NCBI GenBank assembly: GCA_017472575.1
Contig: JAFUPX010000038.1
Span: forward strand, 991 to 64,990
Direction: 5' to 3'
DNA: 64,000 bases
From: Clostridia bacterium
GTDB lineage: Bacteria; Bacillota; Clostridia; Oscillospirales; Acutalibacteraceae
Part shown: positions 8,601 through 18,862 of the stretch, one piece after another
Position numbering within the stretch: position 1 is the first letter of the stretch
Layout of the letters: each line of letters opens with the position of its first letter
Notes under the pieces: model-generated
Told to the model about the DNA's origin: nothing
The model's database searches: none
Seen by the model: only the letters and a program-made list of their open reading frames with translations
Program-made: the position numbers and the translations under genes

Positions 8601-8625
8601 AGCACTCTTAAAGAAAGAGTGCTAA
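8599..8625. promoter_or_regulatory. CIRCE operator (HrcA binding site) upstream of htpG
   Basis: TTAGCACTC-ttaaagaaa-GAGTGCTAA is a perfect match to the CIRCE consensus TTAGCACTC-N9-GAGTGCTAA. It lies 91 nt upstream of the htpG ATG. Confidence 0.8.
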
Positions 8626-8715
8626 AATGTTCACAAATTATTAACACATTATGCTTTGAGGAGGATTATACTATTAGTCAGTTAAAGTCAAACTTATTAA
8701 ATTCAGGTGATAAAA

Positions 8716-10605
8716 ATGAGAACAAAACAGTTTAAATCAGAATCAAAAAAGCTTATGGATATGATGATTAATTCAATCTACACCCATAAGGAAATTTTCC
8801 TGCGTGAGCTTATTTCAAATGCTTCGGATGCTCTCGATAAGCTTTATTTTAAGTCTCTTACGGATAATTCTGTAGGCATTGCTCCTGAGGATTTTGAAAT
8901 AAGGCTTGAAATTGATAAGGAAAACCGTACGCTTAAAATTTGCGATAACGGTATCGGTATGACCGAGGAAGAGCTTGATAACAACCTCGGCACTATTGCA
9001 AAAAGCGGCTCATTTGATTTCAAAAAGGAAAATGAGAAAAAGGAAAATGTTGATATAATAGGTCAGTTCGGAGTTGGTTTTTACTCTGCATTTATGGTGA
9101 GTGACTGTGTTACGGTTGAAACAAAGGCATTCGGCAGCGATACTGCGTACCGCTGGAAATCCACCGGTGCTTCGGGATATACCGTAGAGCCTTGCGAAAA
9201 GGAAAGCGTAGGAACCGAGATAACTCTTGTTATCAAGCCATCTACAGAGGATGAAAATTATGATGAGTTCCTCGACCAATACCGCATAAGCAATCTTGTA
9301 AAGAAGTATTCGGATTATATTCGCCACCCGATTAAAATGGCGTTTACAACAAAACAGCCGGTTGAGGGCAAGGAAAACCAGTATGAGGATATTGTTGAGG
9401 ACAGAACTCTTAACAGTATGATTCCGCTCTGGAAAAAAGCAAAGGGAGATATAACCGACGAGGATTACAATAACTTCTATAAAGAAAAATTCTATGATTA
9501 TACAAATCCTGCAAGAGTAATACACACAAAAACCGAGGGTCAGGCAACCTATAATGCGCTGATGTTTATTCCTGAGCGCCCGCCCTTTGATTATTACACA
9601 AAGGAATACGAAAAGGGACTTCAGCTTTATTCTAAGGGTGTTCTTATTATGGATAAATGCGCTGATTTACTGCCCGATTATTTTAGTTTTGTAAAGGGTC
9701 TTGTTGACAGCGAGGATTTATCTCTCAACATTTCCCGCGAAATGCTTCAGCACGATGCTCAGCTTAAGCTCATAGCAAAAACTCTTGAAAAGAAGATAAA
9801 GAGTGAGCTTGAAAAAATGCTTAAGGATAACAGAGAGGCTTACGAAAAGTTCTTCAAAGCGTTTGGTATCCAGCTTAAGTTCGGGGTTTACAACGATTAC
9901 GGTATGCATAAGGATACCTTAAAGGATTTACTGCTTTTCCGTTCCTCAAAGGAGGGCAAATATGTAACCCTTAAGGAATATGTTGCTCAAATGCCCGAGG
10001 GTCAGCAGTCAATTTACTATGCCTGCGGAGAAACCGATGAAAAGATAGATATTCTTCCTCAGGCAGATACTGTTAAAGAAAAGGGTTACAGCTTCCTTTA
10101 TCTTACAGAGAATGTTGACGAATTTGCATTAAAGGTTATAGGCGAATACGAGGGTAAAAAGCTTGTTAATATCTGCGATAATGATTTTAACCTTGATACC
10201 GATGAGGAAAAGAAGGAATTAGAGATTAAAAACGAGCTCGCTAAAGATATGTTTGAAGAAATGAAAAAGGCTCTCGGAGAAAATGTCAATGCCGTTCGCT
10301 ATACAGGAAAGCTGAAAAGCCACCCTGTGTGCTTAACGAGTGAGGGCGGAATTTCACTTGAAATGGAAAAGGTTCTCAATTCTATGCCGAATGCCGAGCA
10401 GAATCAGATAAAGGCTCAGCTTGTGCTTGAAATTAATTCGCAACACCCAATTGCCGAAAAGCTGGAAAAGCTTTATAAAGAGGATAAGGACACTCTGGCT
10501 AAGTATACAAAGCTTCTGTACGGCGAAGCTTGTCTTATCGGGGGCAAGAGCTTGCCTGATGCTTTAGAGCATAGTAATCTCGTTTGTGAGCTTATGACAA
10601 AGTAA
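8716..10605 (+). CDS. htpG: Molecular chaperone HtpG (Hsp90)
   Basis: It has the GHKL N-terminus ELISNASDALDK, plus DNGIGM and GQFGVGFYSAFMV. The ATG at 8716 has AGGTGA 5 nt upstream, and the GTG at 8707 lies inside that SD. Confidence 0.92.
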   Translation: MRTKQFKSESKKLMDMMINSIYTHKEIFLRELISNASDALDKLYFKSLTDNSVGIAPEDFEIRLEIDKENRTLKICDNGIGMTEEELDNNLGTIAKSGSFDFKKENEKKENVDIIGQFGVGFYSAFMVSDCVTVETKAFGSDTAYRWKSTGASGYTVEPCEKESVGTEITLVIKPSTEDENYDEFLDQYRISNLVKKYSDYIRHPIKMAFTTKQPVEGKENQYEDIVEDRTLNSMIPLWKKAKGDITDEDYNNFYKEKFYDYTNPARVIHTKTEGQATYNALMFIPERPPFDYYTKEYEKGLQLYSKGVLIMDKCADLLPDYFSFVKGLVDSEDLSLNISREMLQHDAQLKLIAKTLEKKIKSELEKMLKDNREAYEKFFKAFGIQLKFGVYNDYGMHKDTLKDLLLFRSSKEGKYVTLKEYVAQMPEGQQSIYYACGETDEKIDILPQADTVKEKGYSFLYLTENVDEFALKVIGEYEGKKLVNICDNDFNLDTDEEKKELEIKNELAKDMFEEMKKALGENVNAVRYTGKLKSHPVCLTSEGGISLEMEKVLNSMPNAEQNQIKAQLVLEINSQHPIAEKLEKLYKEDKDTLAKYTKLLYGEACLIGGKSLPDALEHSNLVCELMTK

Positions 10606-10610
10606 AAATT

Positions 10611-10638
10611 AAACGGCGGTTCGTTTGAACCGCCGTTT
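10611..10638. terminator. Shared (bidirectional) terminator between convergent htpG and acpP
   Basis: AAACGGCGGTTC - GTTT - GAACCGCCGTTT is a 12-bp perfect stem flanked by A/T runs on both sides. Confidence 0.65.
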
Positions 10639-10646
10639 AATACTAT

Positions 10647-10874
10647 TCATATTTTATTCTGAATATAATCAACAAGGTCGCCGATAGTTTTTATGCTTTC
10701 GATATCCTCGTCAGGAATTTCGACCTCAAACTCATCTTCAATAGACATTAAAAGTTCAACAACATCCAAGCTGTCTGCCGAAAGGTCCTCTTGAATTCTT
10801 GTTTCAAGGGTAAGGGTCTCTTCATCAGCATCAAGCTGGTCAGCCAATATTTTTTTAATTTTTTCAAATATCAT
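10647..10874 (-). CDS. acpP: Acyl carrier protein (stand-alone copy)
   Basis: 75 aa and acidic. It has the phosphopantetheine attachment motif LSADSLDVVEL. GGAGGA SD. Confidence 0.85.
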   Translation of the reverse strand: MIFEKIKKILADQLDADEETLTLETRIQEDLSADSLDVVELLMSIEDEFEVEIPDEDIESIKTIGDLVDYIQNKI

Positions 10875-10907
10875 AAAAAATCCTCCGTAGAAAAGTTTTC
10901 TAAATAA

Positions 10908-10936
10908 ATAGTAGTTTAAAATGTGGGATTTGTCAA
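10908..10936 (-). promoter_or_regulatory. Candidate sigma-A promoter of acpP
   Basis: Minus strand TTGACA (10936-10931), 17-nt spacer, TACTAT (10913-10908). Confidence 0.5.
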
Positions 10937-10973
10937 TAGATTTTTTTCTTTATTACAGTTTTGTTAAAAAATG

Positions 10974-11002
10974 TTGCAAAATCGGTGTTTGTCCTTTATA
11001 AT
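10974..11002 (+). promoter_or_regulatory. Candidate sigma-A promoter of proS
   Basis: TTGCAA (10974-10979), 17-nt spacer, TATAAT (10997-11002). The leader is too short (~35 nt) for a T-box. Confidence 0.55.
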
Positions 11003-11039
11003 AATATAGAATATTAAATTTTGAGAGGCGTTTGAAACA

Positions 11040-12473
11040 ATGGCAAAGGAAAAGCTTGTTAAATCTATAACCTCTATGGATGAGGACTTTGCAAAATGGT
11101 ATACCGATGTATGCTTAAAGGCGGAGCTTATAGATTATTCTTCGGTTAAGGGCTGTATGATAATCCGCCCTTACGGATATGCGATATGGGAAAACATTCA
11201 GAGAATAATGGACGGTCTTTTTAAAGAAACCGGTCATGAAAATGTTTATATGCCTATGTTTATACCTGAAAGCCTGCTCCAAAAGGAGAAGGACCATGTG
11301 GAGGGCTTTGCCCCTGAGGTTGCATGGGTAACTCACGGCGGTGATGAGAAGTTAGAGGAAAGGCTTTGCGTTCGCCCTACCTCGGAAACCTTATTTTGCG
11401 ACCATTTTAAAAATATTGTTCATTCCTACCGCGACCTGCCCAAGCTTTATAACCAGTGGTGCAGTGTTGTAAGATGGGAGAAGACAACCCGTCCTTTCTT
11501 ACGCTCGCGCGAATTTTTATGGCAGGAGGGTCACACCCTCCACGCTACAGCCGAGGAGGCTAAGGCGGAAACGGTTCAGATGCTCAATGTGTACGCACGA
11601 TTTGCCGAGGAATATCTTGCAATGCCGGTAGTAAAGGGTGTTAAAACCGCTAAAGAGCGTTTTGCAGGAGCTGAGGATACATACACTATCGAGGCTTTAA
11701 TGCATGACGGTAAGGCTCTGCAGAGCGGAACCTCCCATTATTTTGGGGACGGCTTTGCAAAGGCTTTTGATATAACCTATTCTGATAAGAATAACGAACT
11801 TGTCAACCCTTTCCAGACTTCTTGGGGAGTAACTACGCGTCTTATCGGAGCAATTATTATGACCCACGGGGATGATAGCGGTCTTGTTCTTCCTCCTGCA
11901 ATAGCACCTGTTCAGGCTGTGCTTATTCCTATAGCAAGCCACAAACCGGGGGTGCTTGATAAGGCGAATGAGGTTTATGAGAGACTTAAAAAGGTCTGCC
12001 GAGCTAAGATTGATGACAGCGACCAGTCTCCCGGATGGAAGTTTGCGGAGTATGAAATGAAGGGAGTGCCGCTCAGAGTAGAGTTGGGTCCCAAGGATAT
12101 TGAAAACAATACCTGCGTTGTTGTTCGCAGAGATAACGGCGAAAAGATTTTTGTAAATCTCGACGAGCTTGAAACCAAGATTCCGGAGCTCCTCACCGCT
12201 GTTAGAGACGGACTTTATGAAAAAGCATTAAACCGCAGAAGTAATATGACCTTTGATGCGCATAATCTTGAAGAAATGAAGGATATCGCCGATAACAAGC
12301 CCGGATTTATCCGTGCTATGTGGTGCGGCGAGCGCGAGTGCGAGGATAAGCTGAAAGAGGTTGCAGGCGTTACTTCAAGATGCATACCCTTTGAGCAGGA
12401 GCAGATAGACGGCAAATGTGTATGCTGCGGAAAAGAAGCAAAGCATATGCTCTATTGGGGCAAAGCATATTAA
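11040..12473 (+). CDS. proS: Proline--tRNA ligase (archaeal/eukaryote-like short form, no editing insertion)
   Basis: 477 aa. The N-terminus [35 protein letters not shown] and the C-terminal Cys-rich end ([18 protein letters not shown]) are typical of this ProRS type. Confidence 0.9.
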   Translation: MAKEKLVKSITSMDEDFAKWYTDVCLKAELIDYSSVKGCMIIRPYGYAIWENIQRIMDGLFKETGHENVYMPMFIPESLLQKEKDHVEGFAPEVAWVTHGGDEKLEERLCVRPTSETLFCDHFKNIVHSYRDLPKLYNQWCSVVRWEKTTRPFLRSREFLWQEGHTLHATAEEAKAETVQMLNVYARFAEEYLAMPVVKGVKTAKERFAGAEDTYTIEALMHDGKALQSGTSHYFGDGFAKAFDITYSDKNNELVNPFQTSWGVTTRLIGAIIMTHGDDSGLVLPPAIAPVQAVLIPIASHKPGVLDKANEVYERLKKVCRAKIDDSDQSPGWKFAEYEMKGVPLRVELGPKDIENNTCVVVRRDNGEKIFVNLDELETKIPELLTAVRDGLYEKALNRRSNMTFDAHNLEEMKDIADNKPGFIRAMWCGERECEDKLKEVAGVTSRCIPFEQEQIDGKCVCCGKEAKHMLYWGKAY

Positions 12474-12480
12474 GATATAT

Positions 12481-12512
12481 AAAAATCCACTTTTAAAAGT
12501 GGATTTTTATGT
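12481..12512 (+). terminator. Terminator of proS
   Basis: AAAAATCCACTTTT/AAAAGTGGATTTTT is a perfect palindrome followed by TAT GTTTT. Confidence 0.75.
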
Positions 12513-12624
12513 TTTATTACTCTTTTTTATTAAAAATTTGCTGTTTTTTAATATTTAAGATTTACTTTTTAAGGCTGCTGTGATAAAATTAGCAGAAAGA
12601 AAATTCCGAGCGGAGGAAATGAAT

Positions 12625-14208
12625 ATGGATTTTAAAAATATGTCGGTACACGATAAAATATGCCAGACATTAGTAGTTAAATTAGACCCCGAAAAGCATA
12701 TCAAGAAATACGGAAGCATTAAGAATTTTATGGAGCAGTATCCCGTGGGCGGTATTTTTATCGCAAGAGAAATACTTAATGACGATTCCTACGATTTAGT
12801 AAAAACGCGCGAGCTTATTGCGGAGTATCAGAAATACGCTAAGATACCTCTGCTTGTAGCGGCTGATGCGGAAAACGGCGCAAAGTTTTTGGCAAAAGAG
12901 TTTACAACGCTTCCTCCCTGTATGGCATTAGGCTCTGCAAGGGATGAAAAGCTTGCTTACAACTACGGTAAAGCTATCGCAAAGGAATGCCGCGCAATAG
13001 GTGTTAACTGGAGCTATGCCCCTGTTTGCGACCTTAATATGAACAGATATAACGAGATAGTAAGAACAAGAAGTATTTCTAATGACCCTGACCTCGCGGC
13101 AAAGATGTTGTCTGCTGAAATTAAGGGATTTCAGGAAAACGGCGTGCTTACTACAGGCAAGCATTTCCCGGGTGATGGCTGCGATGTAAGAAATCAGCAT
13201 ATTGTAGGAACTGTAAACAATCTTTCAAAGGAAGAATGGATGAACACCTATGGCAAGGTATATAAAGCAGCTTTCAGTGCAGGTATGGCTTCAATTATGG
13301 TAGGTCATATTTCCGTTCCCGCTTTCCAGAATGATGCTGTTAACGGTGTTTATCCTCCTGCAACCCTTTCAAAGGATGCAATAGATCTTCTTAAAAATGA
13401 ATTGGGCTTTAAGGGAGTTGCTCTCACAGACGCTATGGATATGGGCGGCTTTGTTCGCTGGAAGTATTCGAGAAAGGATGCGGAGGTAGAGTCCTTCAAA
13501 TGCGGTATGGATATGATGCTCTGGCCGAGAGAAGAAACCTCCGATCTTATCGAGGAGGCTATAAACAACGGTGAGATACCGATGTCCAGATTAGATGATG
13601 CAATCGAGAGAATAGCATTTTTAAAGAATACAATCGCTAAATACGGCTTTAATGCAGTAGCGGATGAAACAAATTCTGAATTTTCAAGAAATGTAAGAGA
13701 CGAGCTTGCATTAAAAGCATCTACACTTCATGCAAACACCTTGGGAACACTTCCCGTAAGCAAGGAGAAAATAAAAAAGGTACGCATTATAACCTCGGTT
13801 GAATGCTTCCTTGATACGAGAGACGCTCAGGATAATATGGCAAAATATATCGGCTCACTTTTTGAAGAAAAAGGTGCGCAGGTTGATATAAGACCCGAGT
13901 GGGATATATATCTTCAGGATTTTGAGGCAGGAGAGATAGACCGCGATTATGACTTGCTGGTTTTCTGTGCCTTTGCGTCATCAGCGCTTCCGATGTATGC
14001 AAGAGAGCTTGTAAATCTCCATAGCGCACAACGCTTTGATAACGATAAAACGGTTGTTATGGTTATAGGAACACCCCATTATATAACCGAGTATTTCCCG
14101 ATTGCCGAGACAGTTGTTCATACATACCCAAATAAGGAATGTTTAGCAGCCGCAGTTGACAGCATATACGGAGAAAAGGAGTTTACAGGAACTTTACCTA
14201 TAAAGTAA
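12625..14208 (+). CDS. Glycoside hydrolase family 3 protein (beta-N-acetylhexosaminidase/beta-glucosidase-like)
   Basis: It has the GH3 N-domain motifs TGKHFPGDG and MVGHISVPAF, plus ALTDAMDMGG. The start is uncertain: the ATG at 12625 has GGAGGA 8 nt upstream, while the ORF-track GTG at 12580 has none. Confidence 0.8.
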   Translation: MDFKNMSVHDKICQTLVVKLDPEKHIKKYGSIKNFMEQYPVGGIFIAREILNDDSYDLVKTRELIAEYQKYAKIPLLVAADAENGAKFLAKEFTTLPPCMALGSARDEKLAYNYGKAIAKECRAIGVNWSYAPVCDLNMNRYNEIVRTRSISNDPDLAAKMLSAEIKGFQENGVLTTGKHFPGDGCDVRNQHIVGTVNNLSKEEWMNTYGKVYKAAFSAGMASIMVGHISVPAFQNDAVNGVYPPATLSKDAIDLLKNELGFKGVALTDAMDMGGFVRWKYSRKDAEVESFKCGMDMMLWPREETSDLIEEAINNGEIPMSRLDDAIERIAFLKNTIAKYGFNAVADETNSEFSRNVRDELALKASTLHANTLGTLPVSKEKIKKVRIITSVECFLDTRDAQDNMAKYIGSLFEEKGAQVDIRPEWDIYLQDFEAGEIDRDYDLLVFCAFASSALPMYARELVNLHSAQRFDNDKTVVMVIGTPHYITEYFPIAETVVHTYPNKECLAAAVDSIYGEKEFTGTLPIK

Positions 14209-14209
14209 G

Positions 14210-15817
14210 TTATTGTTCATAACTTGTTATTTCATCTGCTATTTGTGAAAATATTTCAGCGCAGGATTTGGTTTGTCTGGTATTATCCTCCGAGAAAACT
14301 ATAACGGTATAAACAGGTTCTTCTGCCGGAAAAAAGCCGCAGAACCAACCGGCACAGATTTCCTCGCCGTTTTCCTTGTATTTACCCGTCTGAGCGGTTG
14401 CGGTTTTGCCAGCGGCGGAAACGGATTTTGGAGCTAAACCCTTGGCTGTTCCTTCGGAAAAAACAAGAGAGAGTCCCTCCTTGATTATTGACGCTGTTTC
14501 AGCGTTCATAACACGGGTGGGACTTTCATTTTTGTAGGGTGAAAGTCTGCCGTCTGTCAGGGTGCTTTCTACAACGGTTGGGTTGTAATACTGACCGCCT
14601 GCCGCAATACTGTTGTATAGATTAAGCATTGAGACAGGGGAGAGCAGAAGCTCACCCTGACCTATACTTAAGTTTGCGGTGAAGGCATCGTTCCAAAGAG
14701 AATCTATATTTGGAAGATTTCCTGCCGCACAGGTTATTCCGCCTAAATCAAGGCTTTTGCCAAGTCCTAATGCGGAGGCTTTTTTATATATGCTTTCTCC
14801 TGAGGCAGTTATTCCGAAATTGTAGAAAAAAGTGTTACAGGAGTAGGCTATAGCCTCTGTAAGAGTGACTGCTCCGTGACCTGCTCGGTTGTGGCAGCCG
14901 AAAAAGCGGTCTTCTATTTTACAACTGCCTGTGCAGGTATAGGAATAATTTTCAAGTCCGTTTTCTATTCCTGCGGCGGCAACACAGGGCTTAAAAACCG
15001 AGCCTACGTTATAAATAAGCAGATTTCGGTTTAAAAGGGGAGAGTCGGAGTTTTGGAGATATTCGGCAACATTTGTGCAGTCGTAATAAGGGCGGCTTAC
15101 CATTGCCTTTATTTTTCCTGTTGCCGCCTCGCTGACAATTACTGCACCTGTTTCAAGATTTTCGGCGGCGGCTTCAGCAATACTTTGTATATTTATATCA
15201 AGCGTTGTAACAACTCCGTTTTTTTTGGAAAAATCACTTGTTGTGATTTCAGGCAAAATGCCTTCAAGCAGTTCGCCGGTACCGCCTTTTGTGTAAACAA
15301 AATCGGCATTATCCTCGCAGTAAAGTATTTCGTCAAACGCGGCTTCAATTCCGCTCACACCTCGGTTTTCCGAATCGGTGTAGCCTATCAGGTGTATAGC
15401 AGGGGTTGAGGAGGAATTATGAGTGTAAACAGTGGTGTAGGCTATGCCGTCACATTCTTTTATTTCCTCGACCTCGCATAATACAGGCTTTCCCTCGCTC
15501 AGCCTTTCTTTAAGACTTTGATATTCCTCCTCGCTTACGAGGCTTTTAATTCCGTTAAGGGCTTTGGCGGTTGGTGAAACTGCCGCAATAATCTTGGTTT
15601 CGGAGTTTGTTAAGGGAATCATATTTGTATCGTAAATTGTTCCGCGTATTTTTCCGGCGGTAAGCCTTAAGGAACTCTGCTTTTGCTGAACGGAAGCATA
15701 ATCTCCGGTTGCAGTAACCGCTATTCTGAGTATGCAGATAAAAAACAAAATAACCGCAACAAAAAAGCAAAGCGCACTGCGGCGAGCAAAAACCTTGTTA
15801 AAGCTGTTGTTAGACAT
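14210..15817 (-). CDS. Class B penicillin-binding protein (PBP2/SpoVD/FtsI-type transpeptidase)
   Basis: It has an N-terminal TM anchor, SxxK (GSVFKP), SxN (YSCN), and the third motif as GKTATAQ. The ATG at 15817 has AGAGGTG 5 nt upstream and is preferred over 15847. Confidence 0.85.
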   Translation of the reverse strand: MSNNSFNKVFARRSALCFFVAVILFFICILRIAVTATGDYASVQQKQSSLRLTAGKIRGTIYDTNMIPLTNSETKIIAAVSPTAKALNGIKSLVSEEEYQSLKERLSEGKPVLCEVEEIKECDGIAYTTVYTHNSSSTPAIHLIGYTDSENRGVSGIEAAFDEILYCEDNADFVYTKGGTGELLEGILPEITTSDFSKKNGVVTTLDINIQSIAEAAAENLETGAVIVSEAATGKIKAMVSRPYYDCTNVAEYLQNSDSPLLNRNLLIYNVGSVFKPCVAAAGIENGLENYSYTCTGSCKIEDRFFGCHNRAGHGAVTLTEAIAYSCNTFFYNFGITASGESIYKKASALGLGKSLDLGGITCAAGNLPNIDSLWNDAFTANLSIGQGELLLSPVSMLNLYNSIAAGGQYYNPTVVESTLTDGRLSPYKNESPTRVMNAETASIIKEGLSLVFSEGTAKGLAPKSVSAAGKTATAQTGKYKENGEEICAGWFCGFFPAEEPVYTVIVFSEDNTRQTKSCAEIFSQIADEITSYEQ

Positions 15818-15868
15818 AAAAACACCTCTTGGTATTATTCTTACCAAAAGGTGTTTTTTTAAATCGAA

Positions 15869-17107
15869 TTATTCTGCTTTCATTCTAAGCAATGCGCCTT
15901 TTTTTACGGGGCGCTCAAAGGGGATTTTTACTGTCATCATAGGATGTGGAGCGCTCTCAATAGGCTCGCCGTCTGCGTTATAAAGTCGGTCAGCCTTGAT
16001 GAAAAAAGGTTTTTTCTTAGGCTCTAAGCAGTCAAATTCCTGACCTAATAAAAACTTATTTTTAACTGTGGCTGTAATACAACCGTCAGAATACCCGTCA
16101 ACAATAGCGGCAACAGAGTAATCCCTGATGTAACCTGCGTTTTGGTAGGTCTGTGAATTTTCAGGCCTTCCAAAATAAAAGCCTGTGGAATATGTGCGGT
16201 GGCTTATTTTGTTAAGCTCTTCGCTTACCCATTCGGGTAATACCCAGTTATCATCACAAGCCTTAAGAGAGTCCAAAGCACCTCTGTAGGCGTTGGTTGT
16301 AACCGCAACATAATAGTGGGATTTTGCTCTGCCCTCGATTTTAATACTGTCAATCCCTGCGGCGGCAACCTTATCGAGATAGGGAGCCATACACATATCG
16401 TTTGCATTAAGGATATATGTACCTTTTTCAGTCTCGGTTATGTCGAAATACTGCCCAGGCCGTTTTTCCTCCATAAGAGAATAACTCCAGCGGCAGGGCT
16501 GTGCGCAGTCTCCGCGGTTGGAGTCTCTGCCGGTCATATAGCTTGAAAGCAAGCACCTTGCCGAGAATGATACGCACATAGCCCCGTGGGCAAAGGCTTC
16601 TATTTGAAGCTTTTTGGGAGTTTTAGCCCGTATTTCGGCAATTTCTTCAAGGGATAGCTCTCTTGCTAAAACCACCCTGTCCGCTCCCATATTGTAAAAA
16701 GCGTTTGCGGTCTCATAGTTTACTATGCCCGACTGTACCGATATATGAAGCTCGCAGTTCGGCGCATATTTTTTAACCATACCTATAGTGCCGAGGTCTG
16801 CGGCGATAACTGCATCCGCTCCGGCAGCGTTTACTTTTTCTAAAAATTCGGGCAATCTCGATATCTCGTCATTGTGGGGAATAGTGTTACAGGTGACGTG
16901 AACCTTAACACCGTTTTCGTGAGCGTATTTTATACCCTCTATAAGGTCTGCCTCGCCGAAGTTTGCGGCAGCAGTTCTCATTCCGAATTCCTCACCTGCA
17001 AGATAAACTGCATCAGCCCCGTAATCAACGGCGGCTTTAAGCCTTACAATATCTCCGGCAGGACATAAAAGCTCCGGTGTTTTTATGTTGTCATTCAAAA
17101 TACTCAT
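15869..17107 (-). CDS. Peptidase U32 family protein
   Basis: 412 aa. It begins ELLCPAGDIVRLKAAVDYGADAVYLAG, and the Cys-rich GDCAQPCRW motif is typical of U32. Confidence 0.85.
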   Translation of the reverse strand: MSILNDNIKTPELLCPAGDIVRLKAAVDYGADAVYLAGEEFGMRTAAANFGEADLIEGIKYAHENGVKVHVTCNTIPHNDEISRLPEFLEKVNAAGADAVIAADLGTIGMVKKYAPNCELHISVQSGIVNYETANAFYNMGADRVVLARELSLEEIAEIRAKTPKKLQIEAFAHGAMCVSFSARCLLSSYMTGRDSNRGDCAQPCRWSYSLMEEKRPGQYFDITETEKGTYILNANDMCMAPYLDKVAAAGIDSIKIEGRAKSHYYVAVTTNAYRGALDSLKACDDNWVLPEWVSEELNKISHRTYSTGFYFGRPENSQTYQNAGYIRDYSVAAIVDGYSDGCITATVKNKFLLGQEFDCLEPKKKPFFIKADRLYNADGEPIESAPHPMMTVKIPFERPVKKGALLRMKAE

Positions 17108-18314
17108 ATATCCACTGATTTCCTTGCTGTAATCGGTTAATTGTTGTCTGCTGTTCAGACGAGGTTTTATGATAGTAGAAATTACCTGAGCTATCGGTTA
17201 CAAAGTAATAATAATCACTGCTTTGCGGATAAAGAGCCGCCTTAATCGCATCTATTCCGGGAGAGCAAAGCGGACCGGGAGGCAAGCCCTTAATATTATA
17301 GGTGTTGTATCTGCCGTCATCATACTTAAAAGAATCTCCGTAATAGCAGGTGGGGGAGGAGCCTAAGGTTGAAAAGGACTCACTGTTTAAGCGGTTGTAG
17401 AAAACTCCTGCAACATTTGCCATTTCGTCTGTGCTTTTGCCTGCCTCCATCTGAACAATAGATGCCATTGTCAGGATTTCATTAATAGAATAACCCAGTT
17501 CTTCTGCTCTTGCGTACATTTCATCGGTGATTCGGTTTTCTGTTTCCTTTATCATTTTTTCAACTGCAAGAGCGGCACACTCCTTTGAATCATAGGAATA
17601 AAAATCGTATGTTTCGGGGAAAAGATAGCCTTCAAGGGTGTAATAGGTCTTTTCACTGTCTGCCGAGGATAAAAGCTCTGAATTTAAGGAATAGCTGTCA
17701 AGTGCGGAATAAAAGTCAGCTTTTGAGCATACTCCTGCATTTTCAAGTAAGGTTGCAATTCCGGAAACGGTTACATTTTCACCGTTAACATTTTTTGTGT
17801 AATCGTTTATACCTGTGCCCTCTGGGATAGTTACGGTAACAGTCTCGGCTTTTGCGCCGTCAGTCATAAGCATATCAGAAATCATACCGTAGCCCGCCTC
17901 GTTATTAAAGGTGTAAACTCCGTATTTGAACTGACTGTCATACCCCTGCAGCCTTGCATAAATTCTGAATACAAGCGGACATTTTACCGCACCGCATTCC
18001 TTAAGCTTTTCGGCTATCTGTGCAGTGGTTGCGCCTTGTTCTACCTCAATAACGCAGTTTTCGCCTCTGCCGAAGCCGATACCCATATAATCGGCTCCTA
18101 CATAGATTATACCGAAAGCAATGGCAACAGATATAACTATAATGGAAACTATCCAAATAATGTTTTTAACAACGCTGTTTTTCTTCTTTTTGCGTCTGCC
18201 CTTTTGAGGTATTTCCTCGTCCGGCTCGTCAAAATTAAAATCCTCGCCGATAATAAACCCGCTTTCATTAGATTCATCGGGAGAATTATCGGTATTTTTA
18301 ATATTCTCGTCCAT
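17091..18314 (-). CDS. mltG: Endolytic murein transglycosylase MltG (YceG-like)
   Basis: 407 aa with an acidic/basic N-terminal tail and a single TM. YceG core motifs are ASIVQMEAG, VFYNRL and YNTYNIKGLPPGPLCSPG. Confidence 0.88.
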   Translation of the reverse strand: MDENIKNTDNSPDESNESGFIIGEDFNFDEPDEEIPQKGRRKKKKNSVVKNIIWIVSIIVISVAIAFGIIYVGADYMGIGFGRGENCVIEVEQGATTAQIAEKLKECGAVKCPLVFRIYARLQGYDSQFKYGVYTFNNEAGYGMISDMLMTDGAKAETVTVTIPEGTGINDYTKNVNGENVTVSGIATLLENAGVCSKADFYSALDSYSLNSELLSSADSEKTYYTLEGYLFPETYDFYSYDSKECAALAVEKMIKETENRITDEMYARAEELGYSINEILTMASIVQMEAGKSTDEMANVAGVFYNRLNSESFSTLGSSPTCYYGDSFKYDDGRYNTYNIKGLPPGPLCSPGIDAIKAALYPQSSDYYYFVTDSSGNFYYHKTSSEQQTTINRLQQGNQWIYEYFE

Positions 18315-18316
18315 TT

Positions 18317-18862
18317 TTAACCTCTATATAGCATATTTTGCTTTAATTTTTCCGTTTTAGCTTTATCGCCTGTGAGAGCGGTTAAAAGTTCAAAACCGAA
18401 ATCATAAGCAGCGCCTGCACCGTGGGAGGTGATAATATTACCGTCCTTTACTACGGGAGCATCGGTAACTAAAGCGCCTGTGAGCTTATCTTCAAAGCCC
18501 GGGAAACAGGTGGCTTTTTTGCCGTTTAATAATCCTAATTGCCCTAAAACCGAGGGAGCGGCACAAATAGCGCCGATAATACATTTTAATTCACTTGCTT
18601 TTAAAACAGCCGCCTTTACCGCCTCACTGTTTAAAAGATTTGTTGTTCCAGGCATACCACCGGGCAGTATAACAGCATCATTCTCTGTTATATTAACCTC
18701 ATTTTCTGTTATATCACTCACAACAGGAATATTGTGTGAGCCTGATACGGTTTTACCCGTAACACCTACGGTTTTAACTTCAATTCCTCCGCGGCGGAGA
18801 ATATCTACAGGGGCTAAAGCCTCACATTCCTCAAAACCGTCCGCTAAAAATACATATACCAT
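18317..18862 (-). CDS. DJ-1/PfpI family protein
   Basis: 181 aa with the nucleophile-elbow motif IGAICAAPSVLG and LPGGMPG. Confidence 0.85.
   Translation of the reverse strand: MVYVFLADGFEECEALAPVDILRRGGIEVKTVGVTGKTVSGSHNIPVVSDITENEVNITENDAVILPGGMPGTTNLLNSEAVKAAVLKASELKCIIGAICAAPSVLGQLGLLNGKKATCFPGFEDKLTGALVTDAPVVKDGNIITSHGAGAAYDFGFELLTALTGDKAKTEKLKQNMLYRG

Noticed and set aside
14206-14212. Convergent GH3 and PBP genes whose stop codons are separated by a single nucleotide with no terminator.
   Set aside because: This is real in the sequence but not informative on its own. It is noted under the thyX-PBP cluster finding and not treated as a separate feature.
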